Source: a virus
Reading direction: 5' to 3' (one strand)
Virus record (IMG/VR): IMGVR_UViG_3300025917_000016
Span: 2,556 to 66,555 of that record
DNA: 64,000 nt
How positions within the stretch are numbered: position 1 is the stretch's first letter; each line of letters begins with the position of its first letter. Below the pieces are notes generated by a model. That model was not told the DNA's origin and made no database searches. It worked only from the letters and a program-made list of their open reading frames with translations. A program made the position numbers and the translations under genes. Below are positions 9,530-17,782 of the stretch, one piece after another.

Positions 9530-9826
9530 TCATTCTCCTTCAGGGTCGTAAAGATCGGCCACGTGGCCGGGAAAGACAGCAAGTACGGCCAGCGCGTCAT
9601 TTCCGATTTGCGCCGTGCCGTCCGGGTTCGAGTAGTACTCGCGGATGGCTTCAGGAACAGCGACGCCGATCGCGTCACCGACGTCCATCGCTTCGACGTG
9701 CATGCGCGACACCCAGTTGGCCGGCACGCCGTCCCAGTCGGTGTCCGGACGCAGAAGCAGGACGGTGTAGGGCTGCGGTCTGGGCAGTGGCTGCGCCACT
9801 TTCACATTCGGGGCTGGCTCTTTCAT
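9530..9826 (-). CDS. Hypothetical protein
   Basis: Coupled ORF in the leftward operon. Confidence 0.55.
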   Translation of the reverse strand: MKEPAPNVKVAQPLPRPQPYTVLLLRPDTDWDGVPANWVSRMHVEAMDVGDAIGVAVPEAIREYYSNPDGTAQIGNDALAVLAVFPGHVADLYDPEGE

Positions 9827-10020
9827 CACTGCCCCAGCACTTCGAGAGCATCGTGCAGCTTGTCGTCGATGGTCTCGTGGCGGTGCCACATGCTATCGCC
9901 GATCTTGTACGCCTGCTGCATCTGGGAATTGAGCAGCTGCGCTTCGATGATCTTCTCCACAGCATCATCGATCCTGCTCATCGCCGTCGCAGGCGGCGCA
10001 GTCAGTGCGGTATCGCTCAT
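9826..10020 (-). CDS. Hypothetical protein
   Basis: Coupled ORF with RBS. Confidence 0.5.
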   Translation of the reverse strand: MSDTALTAPPATAMSRIDDAVEKIIEAQLLNSQMQQAYKIGDSMWHRHETIDDKLHDALEVLGQ

Positions 10021-10691
10021 AGTCCTATCCTTTCTTCCAGGTCCTTGTCGCGCCTGAGCATCGGCGCCCATGCGATGTAGTCGCCCAAGTCATTCCACAC
10101 GCCGCGCACGGCGACGCCGCCGCGCGTGAGCAGCTGCACGGCAACGCCGTCCGGTGCGCGTTCGCCGATGTGCGGGTACTGCCAGCGCGCTACGCTGCCC
10201 ACGGCCACCTGGTCGCCGACCTTGATGACATCGGTCAGGACCGGCGGCGCGACGAAGCCATCGTCGTAGTCGTAGTTCTTCGGGTCGCCCGCGTGCTCGG
10301 TCGGCTGGCCGTTGAAAGCGTAGTCAATGAAGCGCGGATCACCGCCTTCCTTGGCCTGCAGCGGGATGAACATCAGGTTGGCCACCTCATACACGGCATC
10401 GAGCGGCGCGTCCTTGTCCACGAGGAACAGCAGGTCGGCGTTGACGATCACCATGCGCTGCTCGTTCTCGAGTACGGGCTGCGGCGCCAGCACCTGTGCC
10501 GGCTCGTACTGCTGGATCACCCAGCCGTCTGTCTCCAGCGCCGACCAGCGGCGGTTCTTGCGGCCGATCAGACTCGCGCGGCACGAGTAGGGCGACGACG
10601 CCATCGTCTCGTACTCGGGGATGCCGTCCGGGCCGATGGCGGCCCACACACCCGGCGCATGCCAGTCGAAGTCCTTGTCCTTCGAGTTCAT
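10017..10691 (-). CDS. Hypothetical multi-domain protein
   Basis: ATGA overlaps at both ends; C-terminal VQLLTRGGVAVRGVW...AWAPM module. Confidence 0.6.
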   Translation of the reverse strand: MNSKDKDFDWHAPGVWAAIGPDGIPEYETMASSPYSCRASLIGRKNRRWSALETDGWVIQQYEPAQVLAPQPVLENEQRMVIVNADLLFLVDKDAPLDAVYEVANLMFIPLQAKEGGDPRFIDYAFNGQPTEHAGDPKNYDYDDGFVAPPVLTDVIKVGDQVAVGSVARWQYPHIGERAPDGVAVQLLTRGGVAVRGVWNDLGDYIAWAPMLRRDKDLEERIGL

Positions 10692-10891
10692 TCTTTCCTC
10701 GCTTCGTTGATTTCTTCGATGAGGCGCTTCGCCGTGGAGTACGCGGACTTGCCATAGTCGGCACCGACGTTGTGGCCGACACCGTCCTTCATGCGCACGT
10801 TGATCACGTTGGCCAGCTCGTTGACCTTCACCTCCGTAACGTCGGCCGGATCGATCCAGCAGCCGTCGGACAGTTGGATGAGCTGCGTCAC
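10688..10891 (-). CDS. Hypothetical protein
   Basis: GTG start overlapping the end of the ligase gene. Confidence 0.55.
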   Translation of the reverse strand: MTQLIQLSDGCWIDPADVTEVKVNELANVINVRMKDGVGHNVGADYGKSAYSTAKRLIEEINEARKE

Positions 10892-11877
10892 GACATGTCC
10901 TCCGCTGCACGGAAGCCCAGGAACACCGGATGGCGCGGCGCGTCGACGACGCCGTGCTCGAAGTGCTTGAACTTCACGATGGCATTCATGTGCGCGTCGC
11001 GGCTCGCCCACACGCTGGCGCGGAACTCGGCCGTCATGCCGGTGCCGATGTTGAAGGTATAGTCGGACAGCGTGCGCTCGCCCTTCTCATCGATGAAGAT
11101 GCGCTTGCACACGAACGCGCCCAGCGTGCCCTTGCCGGACAAGCCGGCCTTGGCCGTGCTGCGCTTCGTACGGCCCAGCTCATTCGTCTGCGCGGCGTTC
11201 TCGTTCTTCATCTCCTCGACGAAGTCCACGACGATCGCCTCGGCGTCCGAGAAGCGTTTCAGCTTCAGCAGGCCGTGCTCGCGCACCGTGCTGCGGCCGT
11301 ACTTGTACTTGCCGTCCGGACTGCGCACCATCACGCCCTCGTAGCCGGCCTCCAGGCACTCGGCCTCGAACGCTTCCAGCTCGTCCAGCGACTGGATCAG
11401 CGTGTGCGGCACCAGCTTGATCGGGCACTGCATCATCTGGCTCGGCGCCGCTGGCATGCCCGTCAAGCGGGCCTGGACCATGAGCTGCGTCCATTCCTTC
11501 TGCACCGACAGCAGCAGACTGCCGAGACGGATCAGGCGGTCGCGGAAACCCTCGTCCGAATCCCAGTAGTCGAACACATGGTACTCGAACGCTTCGCTCT
11601 TCGAGTGCGACATGACGACGCTGGTCGTGGCCTGCATCACGTTCGGCGCATTGGCCGGGCCGACGACCAGCTCGCCGTCCATGCCGTGCAGCTCGTGCAG
11701 GGAGAGCACCGCCTGCACGAGCTGGTTCGGGATCAGCTTGAGCGAGCGCGACAGCAGCTTGCCGTGCTTGTTCGCGGCGCGCACGCCATCGATCTTGGCG
11801 CTGGCGATCAGCGGGAACACGAGGTCGTCGTTGCTGTCCGGCGTACCGGCCAGCATGGGCTTGAATTCTTTGGTCAT
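10888..11877 (-). CDS. ATP-dependent DNA ligase
   Basis: Motif I SAKIDGVRA, MDGELV, YHVFD, EGVMVR, LLKLKRFSDAEA and a C-terminal OB fold (PRHPVFLGFR). Confidence 0.93.
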   Translation of the reverse strand: MTKEFKPMLAGTPDSNDDLVFPLIASAKIDGVRAANKHGKLLSRSLKLIPNQLVQAVLSLHELHGMDGELVVGPANAPNVMQATTSVVMSHSKSEAFEYHVFDYWDSDEGFRDRLIRLGSLLLSVQKEWTQLMVQARLTGMPAAPSQMMQCPIKLVPHTLIQSLDELEAFEAECLEAGYEGVMVRSPDGKYKYGRSTVREHGLLKLKRFSDAEAIVVDFVEEMKNENAAQTNELGRTKRSTAKAGLSGKGTLGAFVCKRIFIDEKGERTLSDYTFNIGTGMTAEFRASVWASRDAHMNAIVKFKHFEHGVVDAPRHPVFLGFRAAEDMS

Positions 11878-12611
11878 ACGAGTTCCTGGGAAAGATCGAT
11901 ACGTTCGACAAGCCCGCCATGATCGTCGAGCACTTCAAATACGGTGGCGTGGCTGTGAATGTCACGCTGGATACGTAGCGCTTTCACCGCAGCATCGTGA
12001 GCAGTTGGCGCATCAATATCGATCTGCCACATGACACGAAACCGTTGATCCGGCAGATCCTGCGTGATGATCTGGGCCTGCTTCACCTTCCACGGCTGCG
12101 CCTCGATCGACACGCCGTACTGGTGCGACAGCATGGCGCCGAAGCGCTGCGCGTCGCCTTCCTTGCCGAAGTCCGCGACCCAGCGCGCCAGCCCCTTGCG
12201 GCCGCGTTCGTACACGGCCCAGCAGGTCGTGTGTTCGTCCGGGCCGCCGAACTGCGGCTCGGCGTGTTCGTTCTGCGCGTCGGTGCGCGGATGGTGGATC
12301 ACAGGCACGACCTGGATCGACACCACGTCCGGCAGCGCGGAGGCGCGCAGCTCGTCGAACTTCTTCTTCGTGAATTCGTCGATGTGGATGAGGTAGTCGC
12401 GCTCCACGCCGGGCTGCGCGTCGTTGACCCACTTCGTCTGGAACTCTCTCGCCCACTGCAGCGCATGCTGCCAGAAAAGGCCGCGCGAGCCGTCGATTTC
12501 TTCCATGAACGCGTCGCGCTCATCTTCGTCCATCGCATTCAGGTACACCGACAGATTGCTGCCGATGTCGAACACGACCTCGCACAGCGCATCCGATGCT
12601 TTGTGATTCAT
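11874..12611 (-). CDS. Hypothetical multi-domain protein; N-terminal domain paralogous to 12625-12942
   Basis: DGSRGL...QWAREF versus DGSPGL...EWAREF in the neighbour. Confidence 0.65.
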   Translation of the reverse strand: MNHKASDALCEVVFDIGSNLSVYLNAMDEDERDAFMEEIDGSRGLFWQHALQWAREFQTKWVNDAQPGVERDYLIHIDEFTKKKFDELRASALPDVVSIQVVPVIHHPRTDAQNEHAEPQFGGPDEHTTCWAVYERGRKGLARWVADFGKEGDAQRFGAMLSHQYGVSIEAQPWKVKQAQIITQDLPDQRFRVMWQIDIDAPTAHDAAVKALRIQRDIHSHATVFEVLDDHGGLVERIDLSQELV

Positions 12612-12624
12612 TTCGTTTTCCTCG

Positions 12625-12942
12625 TTATGAGAGCCGCGCTTCAGCGAGCAGGCCCTTGACCTTCGCGTCGACGAACGCCGCAATCTGTTCAGGGAAGTCC
12701 GCGAGATCGTCCGGATTCATGATCGCCTCGCGCACCTCCCACGCCTCGTCGAATTCGCGTGCCCACTCGACGATCTTGTTGTGCAGGCCCGGCGAGCCAT
12801 CGACCATGTCCATGATCGCGGCCCGTGCTTCGGTGCTCCACTGATTCCACACAAAACCCACGCTCATGCCCATACTGGCGATGTACTGCTGCTGGCGCAG
12901 GGCAGTCTCGAGTGCCTTCAGTGCATCTGCTTCCCTGCTCAT
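12625..12942 (-). CDS. Hypothetical protein, C-terminal EARLS
   Basis: Coupled ORF; member of the ExRL-tail set. Confidence 0.6.
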   Translation of the reverse strand: MSREADALKALETALRQQQYIASMGMSVGFVWNQWSTEARAAIMDMVDGSPGLHNKIVEWAREFDEAWEVREAIMNPDDLADFPEQIAAFVDAKVKGLLAEARLS

Positions 12943-13268
12943 TGAAACCCCCGCCCCGGCGCACGCTTGGCCGCTTCCGGCACCAGCTTCTTCGCAAAGT
13001 CGAGCACGCACGTCATGTTGTCACGCTGGATCGCCGCGATCTCGGCCGAGTCGGGAACGTGCGGCGTCGGGATCGGCTTCGTACCCGGCACGAACCACGC
13101 CGTACTGCCATCGCGCTGCTCGCGCGCCTCGCCGTGCAGCGTCATGAGCGTGCGCATCGCGCCAATCGTCCCACTGTGCAACACGACAGGACCGACACCG
13201 GCCGGCACGTCCTTGTTCGGCAGGACTTCGAGTAAGCCCGAAGCCCAGCACACTAATTTCGCCATCAC
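12939..13268 (-). CDS. Protein resembling the Mu-like phage family annotated host nuclease inhibitor
   Basis: CWASGLLE...VPAG...FVPG pattern recalled from that family. Confidence 0.5.
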   Translation of the reverse strand: MMAKLVCWASGLLEVLPNKDVPAGVGPVVLHSGTIGAMRTLMTLHGEAREQRDGSTAWFVPGTKPIPTPHVPDSAEIAAIQRDNMTCVLDFAKKLVPEAAKRAPGRGFQ

Positions 13269-13543
13269 TTACTCCTTGCTTTTTCGCCGGCCATGCTGCG
13301 GAACACCGCACGCAAGGCTCGGGTCGCGAGTGCGTCGCCCTGCTCGGAAAGAGCCTTGACGAACGCGCGCGCTTCGTTGTCGTTACCAAACCGGGTGCCC
13401 ACGCCCTGCAGGATCAGGAACACCTTGCGGGTGCGCATGTCGATGCAGTCGAATACGCCCCAGCCCTGCTCCAGCGCGCGCTCCTGGTCGCGCGACGTCC
13501 AGTCCGGCTCCGGGACGGCGCCGGCCTTGCGTGCCCGTGCCAT
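13265..13543 (-). CDS. Hypothetical protein
   Basis: Coupled ORF (ALEQGWGVFD). Confidence 0.6.
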   Translation of the reverse strand: MARARKAGAVPEPDWTSRDQERALEQGWGVFDCIDMRTRKVFLILQGVGTRFGNDNEARAFVKALSEQGDALATRALRAVFRSMAGEKARSK

Positions 13544-13544
13544 G

Positions 13545-13718
13545 TCAGTTTACGTCCAGCCAGCGGCTGTCCCGGCCGTTATAACGCGCGCTGCGGTGCC
13601 GTGGCGGCGCCCGGTCATTGATACGCTTGACGAGGTGGTAGAACAACCAGATCGTGAGCACGATCTGGTACGACGAGCGCACGACGCGCGCAGTGGTGAA
13701 AAGCGGGAGGAAGTTCAT
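13545..13718 (-). CDS. Small hydrophobic protein
   Basis: ATGA overlap with the upstream nuclease gene. Confidence 0.45.
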   Translation of the reverse strand: MNFLPLFTTARVVRSSYQIVLTIWLFYHLVKRINDRAPPRHRSARYNGRDSRWLDVN

Positions 13719-14134
13719 TTGATAGGCACTCCGGATACGGTGACGCCCATGATCCACTGGGCGATGTCCTTGCGGCTCATCATGTGCGCCTTGAACTTCT
13801 CGCAGGTGAGTGGATGCTTCCACATACCGCCAGTCAGAATCACACCGCCGTCCTTGCTACCGACGATGACGGCGAGGTTGCGGCCTTCGGCCATACGATC
13901 CTTGCCCCAGTCCTTCTGCAGTTCGGACAGGCCCGGTTCGATCAGCGTGCTGGCGCGCTTGGGCAACTCGACGAATTTGTACTCGACCCACAGGTCACGC
14001 GCTCGTCCGGAGTACCACACGTCCCAGATGCCGGACGTGTACAGGTTGTTGTTCTTCATCCAGTACGGGTCCTGGCGGCCGGGCGGCAGGTACTTGTGCA
14101 CGCTGGCCGTGAACGTGGTCTCGGGCTTGCTCAT
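13715..14134 (-). CDS. VRR-NUC/Holliday-junction-resolvase-like PD-(D/E)xK nuclease
   Basis: E near the N-terminus, SGIWD, WVEYK, LSELQKDW. Confidence 0.75.
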   Translation of the reverse strand: MSKPETTFTASVHKYLPPGRQDPYWMKNNNLYTSGIWDVWYSGRARDLWVEYKFVELPKRASTLIEPGLSELQKDWGKDRMAEGRNLAVIVGSKDGGVILTGGMWKHPLTCEKFKAHMMSRKDIAQWIMGVTVSGVPIK

Positions 14135-14472
14135 TTGCGGCCGCGTCCTGTGACTTTCGATTGCGCAGCTTCGGTACGCAGATGCTCGTCACGCGCCATG
14201 CGCTGGTCGACCAGCGAGGCGTAGCCGACGATGTCATGCCAGTTGTCGCGGTAGTTCGGGTCGCCGTTAAGCATGCGCGCGATCTTGTCGGAGATCACGG
14301 TCAGGGCTTGGCGCTGGTCTGGCGCCAGTTGCGCCCAGCCGGCGCCGCCATGCGCGTTGCGCATGACGTTCTGCAGGTCTTGTGCGATCACGGCGTGGTT
14401 CTCGAACGAGCCGTAGCGGTCGCCGCGCTCGGCCAGGGTCTGCTGCACGTTGGTATGGGTGGTGACGGTCAT
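14131..14472 (-). CDS. DUF6378-like protein
   Basis: LAERGDRYGSF...KIARMLNGDPNYRDNWHDIVGYASL. Confidence 0.75.
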   Translation of the reverse strand: MTVTTHTNVQQTLAERGDRYGSFENHAVIAQDLQNVMRNAHGGAGWAQLAPDQRQALTVISDKIARMLNGDPNYRDNWHDIVGYASLVDQRMARDEHLRTEAAQSKVTGRGRK

Positions 14473-14603
14473 GGGTGTGTCTCGCAAAAATGTTTTGGAA
14501 CGGGAGCTTCGCCTGCGTACACGCGAAACTCGACGAGATTGAGTGCGCCGGCCAGGACGAACATCAGCCAGAACGCGCCAAAGGCGGCCAGGAAGTTCTT
14601 CAT
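14469..14603 (-). CDS. 44-aa membrane peptide (not in the ORF track)
   Basis: MKNFLAAFGAFWLMFVLAGALNLV...; ATGA overlaps at both ends. Confidence 0.55.
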   Translation of the reverse strand: MKNFLAAFGAFWLMFVLAGALNLVEFRVYAGEAPVPKHFCETHP

Positions 14604-15154
14604 TTCCCGATCCCGGCGGCCCAGATGGCCTGCAGGTGCTGGGCCTGCGCCAGCGCGTCAGCCAGCGCATTGTGCGCGGCCGCATTGGCCGGCTTGGGCA
14701 CGGCGCGGGCGGCTTCCATCGACTTGATCGTGCGAAAGCACCGCGTATTCCAGAACTTCCACGGCGTGCCCTGCAGGCCATACGCATGCGCCAGCATGGC
14801 ACAATCGAAGTCCGAGCCGTTGCCCCAGACCTTCGTGTGCCCCCATTCGAGCGGCGAGCCGCCCCACGCGCGCAGTTCATCGAGTGCATCGCCGAGCGAG
14901 ACCTGCTCCTTGTGGTCGAACACGGCCTTGGCCTTGGCATCCTGGTCGAGCCACCAGCGCAGCGTGCTGGGGCTGATGGTGCGGTGCTCGTCGAGGTTGG
15001 ACTGGATCGTGATGACGCGGTAGAACGCGCCGTCGTCGATGTTCTTCTCGTTGAACTTCACCGCGCCGATCGACAGGATGACGGCATGCGGGAGCGTATC
15101 CAGCGTTTCCAGGTCGATCATCACGTGATCGAATTTTTCCTTCTTTGGCGGCAT
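14600..15154 (-). CDS. DEDDh 3'-5' exonuclease (DUF5051/Rv2179c-like)
   Basis: MIDLETL, VWGNGSDFD, HNALADA. Confidence 0.88.
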   Translation of the reverse strand: MPPKKEKFDHVMIDLETLDTLPHAVILSIGAVKFNEKNIDDGAFYRVITIQSNLDEHRTISPSTLRWWLDQDAKAKAVFDHKEQVSLGDALDELRAWGGSPLEWGHTKVWGNGSDFDCAMLAHAYGLQGTPWKFWNTRCFRTIKSMEAARAVPKPANAAAHNALADALAQAQHLQAIWAAGIGK

Positions 15155-15175
15155 GGCCTTCCTTTACTCCGGGCG

Positions 15176-15205
15176 AAAATAAACCCGGTACTCGGCACCG
15201 GGTTA
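15176..15205 (-). terminator. Rho-independent terminator
   Basis: Minus strand AACCCGGT-gccgagt-ACCGGGTT followed by TATTTT. Confidence 0.65.
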
Positions 15206-15229
15206 AGGTCAGTCGATCCAGGCGAAGGT

Positions 15230-15667
15230 TCAGGCTGCAGCCGGCGCCAGCTTGGCGTGTGCGCGGGCAGCGACGGTGTGCGCCTTTTCCAGTTCTTTCA
15301 CCTTGGCGGCAGCGGCCTTGTCGGCATCCCTGGCAGCCTTGGCGGCGGCCTTGCCGTCGGCAGTAGCCTGCTTGATGTGCGCGGCCAGATCGGCCTTGGC
15401 GATCTTGATCGCAGCCTTGTCGCCCGACTTCTCGGCCTTGCCCAGCGCCTTTTCCAGCTCGGTCTGCTTCTTGTTCGCTGCCTTGTCCGCTGCCGTCTTG
15501 GCCTTGTCGGCGTCCTTCAGGGCTTTCTCGGTTTCCTTCTTGTGGGCCGCCAGCGCGTCAGCAGCGGCTTTCAGGTTGGCCTTGCAGGTCTTGAGCTGGG
15601 CTTTCAGGTCGGCAGCAGCAGCTTTCTGGTCAGCGGCGGACAGGATTTTCGAGGATTGACGTGCCAT
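15230..15667 (-). CDS. Lys/Ala-rich histone-like DNA-binding protein
   Basis: Dominated by K and A; own RBS and downstream terminator. Confidence 0.65.
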   Translation of the reverse strand: MARQSSKILSAADQKAAAADLKAQLKTCKANLKAAADALAAHKKETEKALKDADKAKTAADKAANKKQTELEKALGKAEKSGDKAAIKIAKADLAAHIKQATADGKAAAKAARDADKAAAAKVKELEKAHTVAARAHAKLAPAAA

Positions 15668-15884
15668 GATATTTTTCCTTCAATTGTTTTGAGTATTTGA
15701 TTTCATTGAGCCGTACGGCCCGTGATATGAGTCGGTCGATGATCGAGGCGCGGCGCTGCGAACCCGACTCCAGTTCAAGCGCCGCGAGGACTTCCGCCTC
15801 GGTCAGCTCGTCAATGAGTTCGTGCAGACGCCTCATTGACGACAGCGCCTCGGACACGTGCCACTGACGAACTTGTTCCATCAC
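15630..15884 (-). CDS. Hypothetical protein
   Basis: Helical ORF (LTEAEVLAALELE...RRASIIDRL). Confidence 0.6.
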   Translation of the reverse strand: MMEQVRQWHVSEALSSMRRLHELIDELTEAEVLAALELESGSQRRASIIDRLISRAVRLNEIKYSKQLKEKYHGTSILENPVRR

Positions 15885-15893
15885 GCCGCCCGA

Positions 15894-16691
15894 TCAGCGA
15901 CGCGCAGCCGGTTTGGCCGGGGTGCGGCCGCGGGCCTTCGGCGGCGCCGGGGTCGCATAGCTCGACACATCCGGTTCCTGGGTGATGCGTTCCAGCGCTT
16001 CGGTGCGGCGAGCCCAGTGGACTTCCACGTTCTCGTTCGGTTGCGGATCGCCGAAACGCAGCGACGGATAGTCGACGTTCGGGTCCATCGTGATCGTGGT
16101 CACGACGCCGACCGGCAGTACGCCAAACTTCGCGGCGACCGACTTGACATAACCGTCGAACGACTTCAGGCCCGTGGGCGACACGTCCAGCACGAACAGC
16201 GGCGTGTCGGCGTCGGCGTCAAGCGGCAGCACGGCCAGGCGGCGCATGTTCTTGCATGCCTTGCCGTTGCCGCTCGATCCGAACTGGTTCATCGGGCAGG
16301 TGGCGCAGGCGTCCGACTGCTTGACCGGCGAATTGTCGCTCGGGACCATCTGGCTGATGACCTGGCCGATGGCGAAGCAGGCCGGCGGCTGGATGTTGTC
16401 CTTGTCGTAGGCGCCTTCATAGAAGTTATTCGTCGCGATGAAGTCGACGATCACGACTTCCAGCTCGTTCACTTTGGTGCCGTCCGGCAGGTTGAACGTC
16501 TTGTCGTTCTTCAGCTGAATCTTGTCACCGCCGGCCGGCGCGGTGCGGTCGCCCAGCGCAGCCAGCTCGGCAGCCATCTGGTCCTTGATCGACACCAGCG
16601 CACCGCCGGTTGCTTTGCCTTTGACTGCGACGGCGGTGCCGGGTTTGGCGGTGGCTTTGGCCGGAGTTGCTGCGGGTTTGCGAGTTGCCAT
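15894..16691 (-). CDS. Putative single-stranded DNA-binding/annealing protein
   Basis: CATCPMNQFGS...GKACKNMRRLA pattern; located near the DNA polymerase. Confidence 0.65.
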   Translation of the reverse strand: MATRKPAATPAKATAKPGTAVAVKGKATGGALVSIKDQMAAELAALGDRTAPAGGDKIQLKNDKTFNLPDGTKVNELEVVIVDFIATNNFYEGAYDKDNIQPPACFAIGQVISQMVPSDNSPVKQSDACATCPMNQFGSSGNGKACKNMRRLAVLPLDADADTPLFVLDVSPTGLKSFDGYVKSVAAKFGVLPVGVVTTITMDPNVDYPSLRFGDPQPNENVEVHWARRTEALERITQEPDVSSYATPAPPKARGRTPAKPAARR

Positions 16692-16761
16692 GTTTGTTCC
16701 TTGTGGATTTAACGGGTTTTGATATACCGACGCCTCACGGCGGTGAGCGGTACGTCGCAGA

Positions 16762-17175
16762 TTACTTCTCGGCGACTTTGCGCACGTTCAGGCGCTTCTT
16801 CGTGAACGGCTCGACACCGGGGATCGAGCCCTTGATTGAGAACAGTTCACGAATGGCCGGATCGCTGATACGACGCTGCAACAGGTGCAGTGCCTTGTTC
16901 TTGATGACGTAAGCGCCGAACACGTCCCAGTCAGTGACGTTGCCGGTCACGGTCTCGGAGATCGAAACCGTAGCGGCCTTGCCGGTCGACTTGTCGACGC
17001 CCTGCGCCTCCATCGCCGCCATCAGCTTCTCCTCGGCTTCGGCAATCTTCAGCTTGATCGCCTCCTCCTTGGACTGATGCGCGCGCAATTCTTCCTTCAG
17101 CTTGTACAGCGCGTCGATCTGGAGACCGATGGGCGCCGGACCTTTCTTGACGACACGATTGCTGCCTGCGGGCAT
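16762..17175 (-). CDS. Conserved phage replication-region protein
   Basis: Coiled coil followed by VTDWDVF...LLQRRIS...IPGVE. Confidence 0.65.
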   Translation of the reverse strand: MPAGSNRVVKKGPAPIGLQIDALYKLKEELRAHQSKEEAIKLKIAEAEEKLMAAMEAQGVDKSTGKAATVSISETVTGNVTDWDVFGAYVIKNKALHLLQRRISDPAIRELFSIKGSIPGVEPFTKKRLNVRKVAEK

Positions 17176-17222
17176 GATTGTAATCCTTTCTTAAACGTAA
17201 TGTAAAGTTTTGTGTAACAGGC

Positions 17223-17465
17223 TCAGCTGGTAAGCCGCTCTGCCATCTGGTACGCGACCAACTCGGTCATGATCTTGGTTCGCGAGCCGCTGAATACGGC
17301 TATTGGGTCGCGATCCTGTACGTGGTTCGTGTCCGGGCCATCGACTGGGTACAAGTACAGCGACATGTCGTCCGGGCCAAATATCGAGGTCGACATCCAG
17401 TAGACGCCGCTGTTCATACCGCGAAACAGTGCATCGAGCATTTGCTCGGGAGTGAGTGCGCTCAT
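17223..17465 (-). CDS. Hypothetical protein, C-terminal MAERLTS
   Basis: ATGA-coupled ORF. Confidence 0.55.
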   Translation of the reverse strand: MSALTPEQMLDALFRGMNSGVYWMSTSIFGPDDMSLYLYPVDGPDTNHVQDRDPIAVFSGSRTKIMTELVAYQMAERLTS

Positions 17466-17782
17466 GTCAACCTCGCCTCGACGATCTGCGCCAGCAAGTT
17501 GCCAAGCACGGCGATGATCGAATGACCAGCAAACAGACCGTGCGGATCGTCCAGACTGACGCGAAGTCGCGCCACTCTGTCTGACGTAGCACTGCCTGTG
17601 TCGACGCTGCACACATACTCGACCTGAAACGTATCACCCGACTGCGAATTAACCAGTGTGCGGAGGGTCTTTTCGTCGAGCTTCATGTGCATGCCGCAAC
17701 CCCGTACGGCCTGAAGAATTTGTGACTCACGTATCGCTTCAATCGCGATCCAGTCTTCATCACTTGCTGTAATTGTCGGCAT
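17462..17782 (-). CDS. Hypothetical protein, C-terminal IVEARLT
   Basis: Overlaps the end of the polymerase gene; GAGG RBS. Confidence 0.55.
   Translation of the reverse strand: MPTITASDEDWIAIEAIRESQILQAVRGCGMHMKLDEKTLRTLVNSQSGDTFQVEYVCSVDTGSATSDRVARLRVSLDDPHGLFAGHSIIAVLGNLLAQIVEARLT

Noticed and set aside
17195-17220. AATGTAAA box shared with 39814-39821 as a phage-specific promoter or operator
   Set aside because: Only an 8-bp AT-rich match at two sites; insufficient support.
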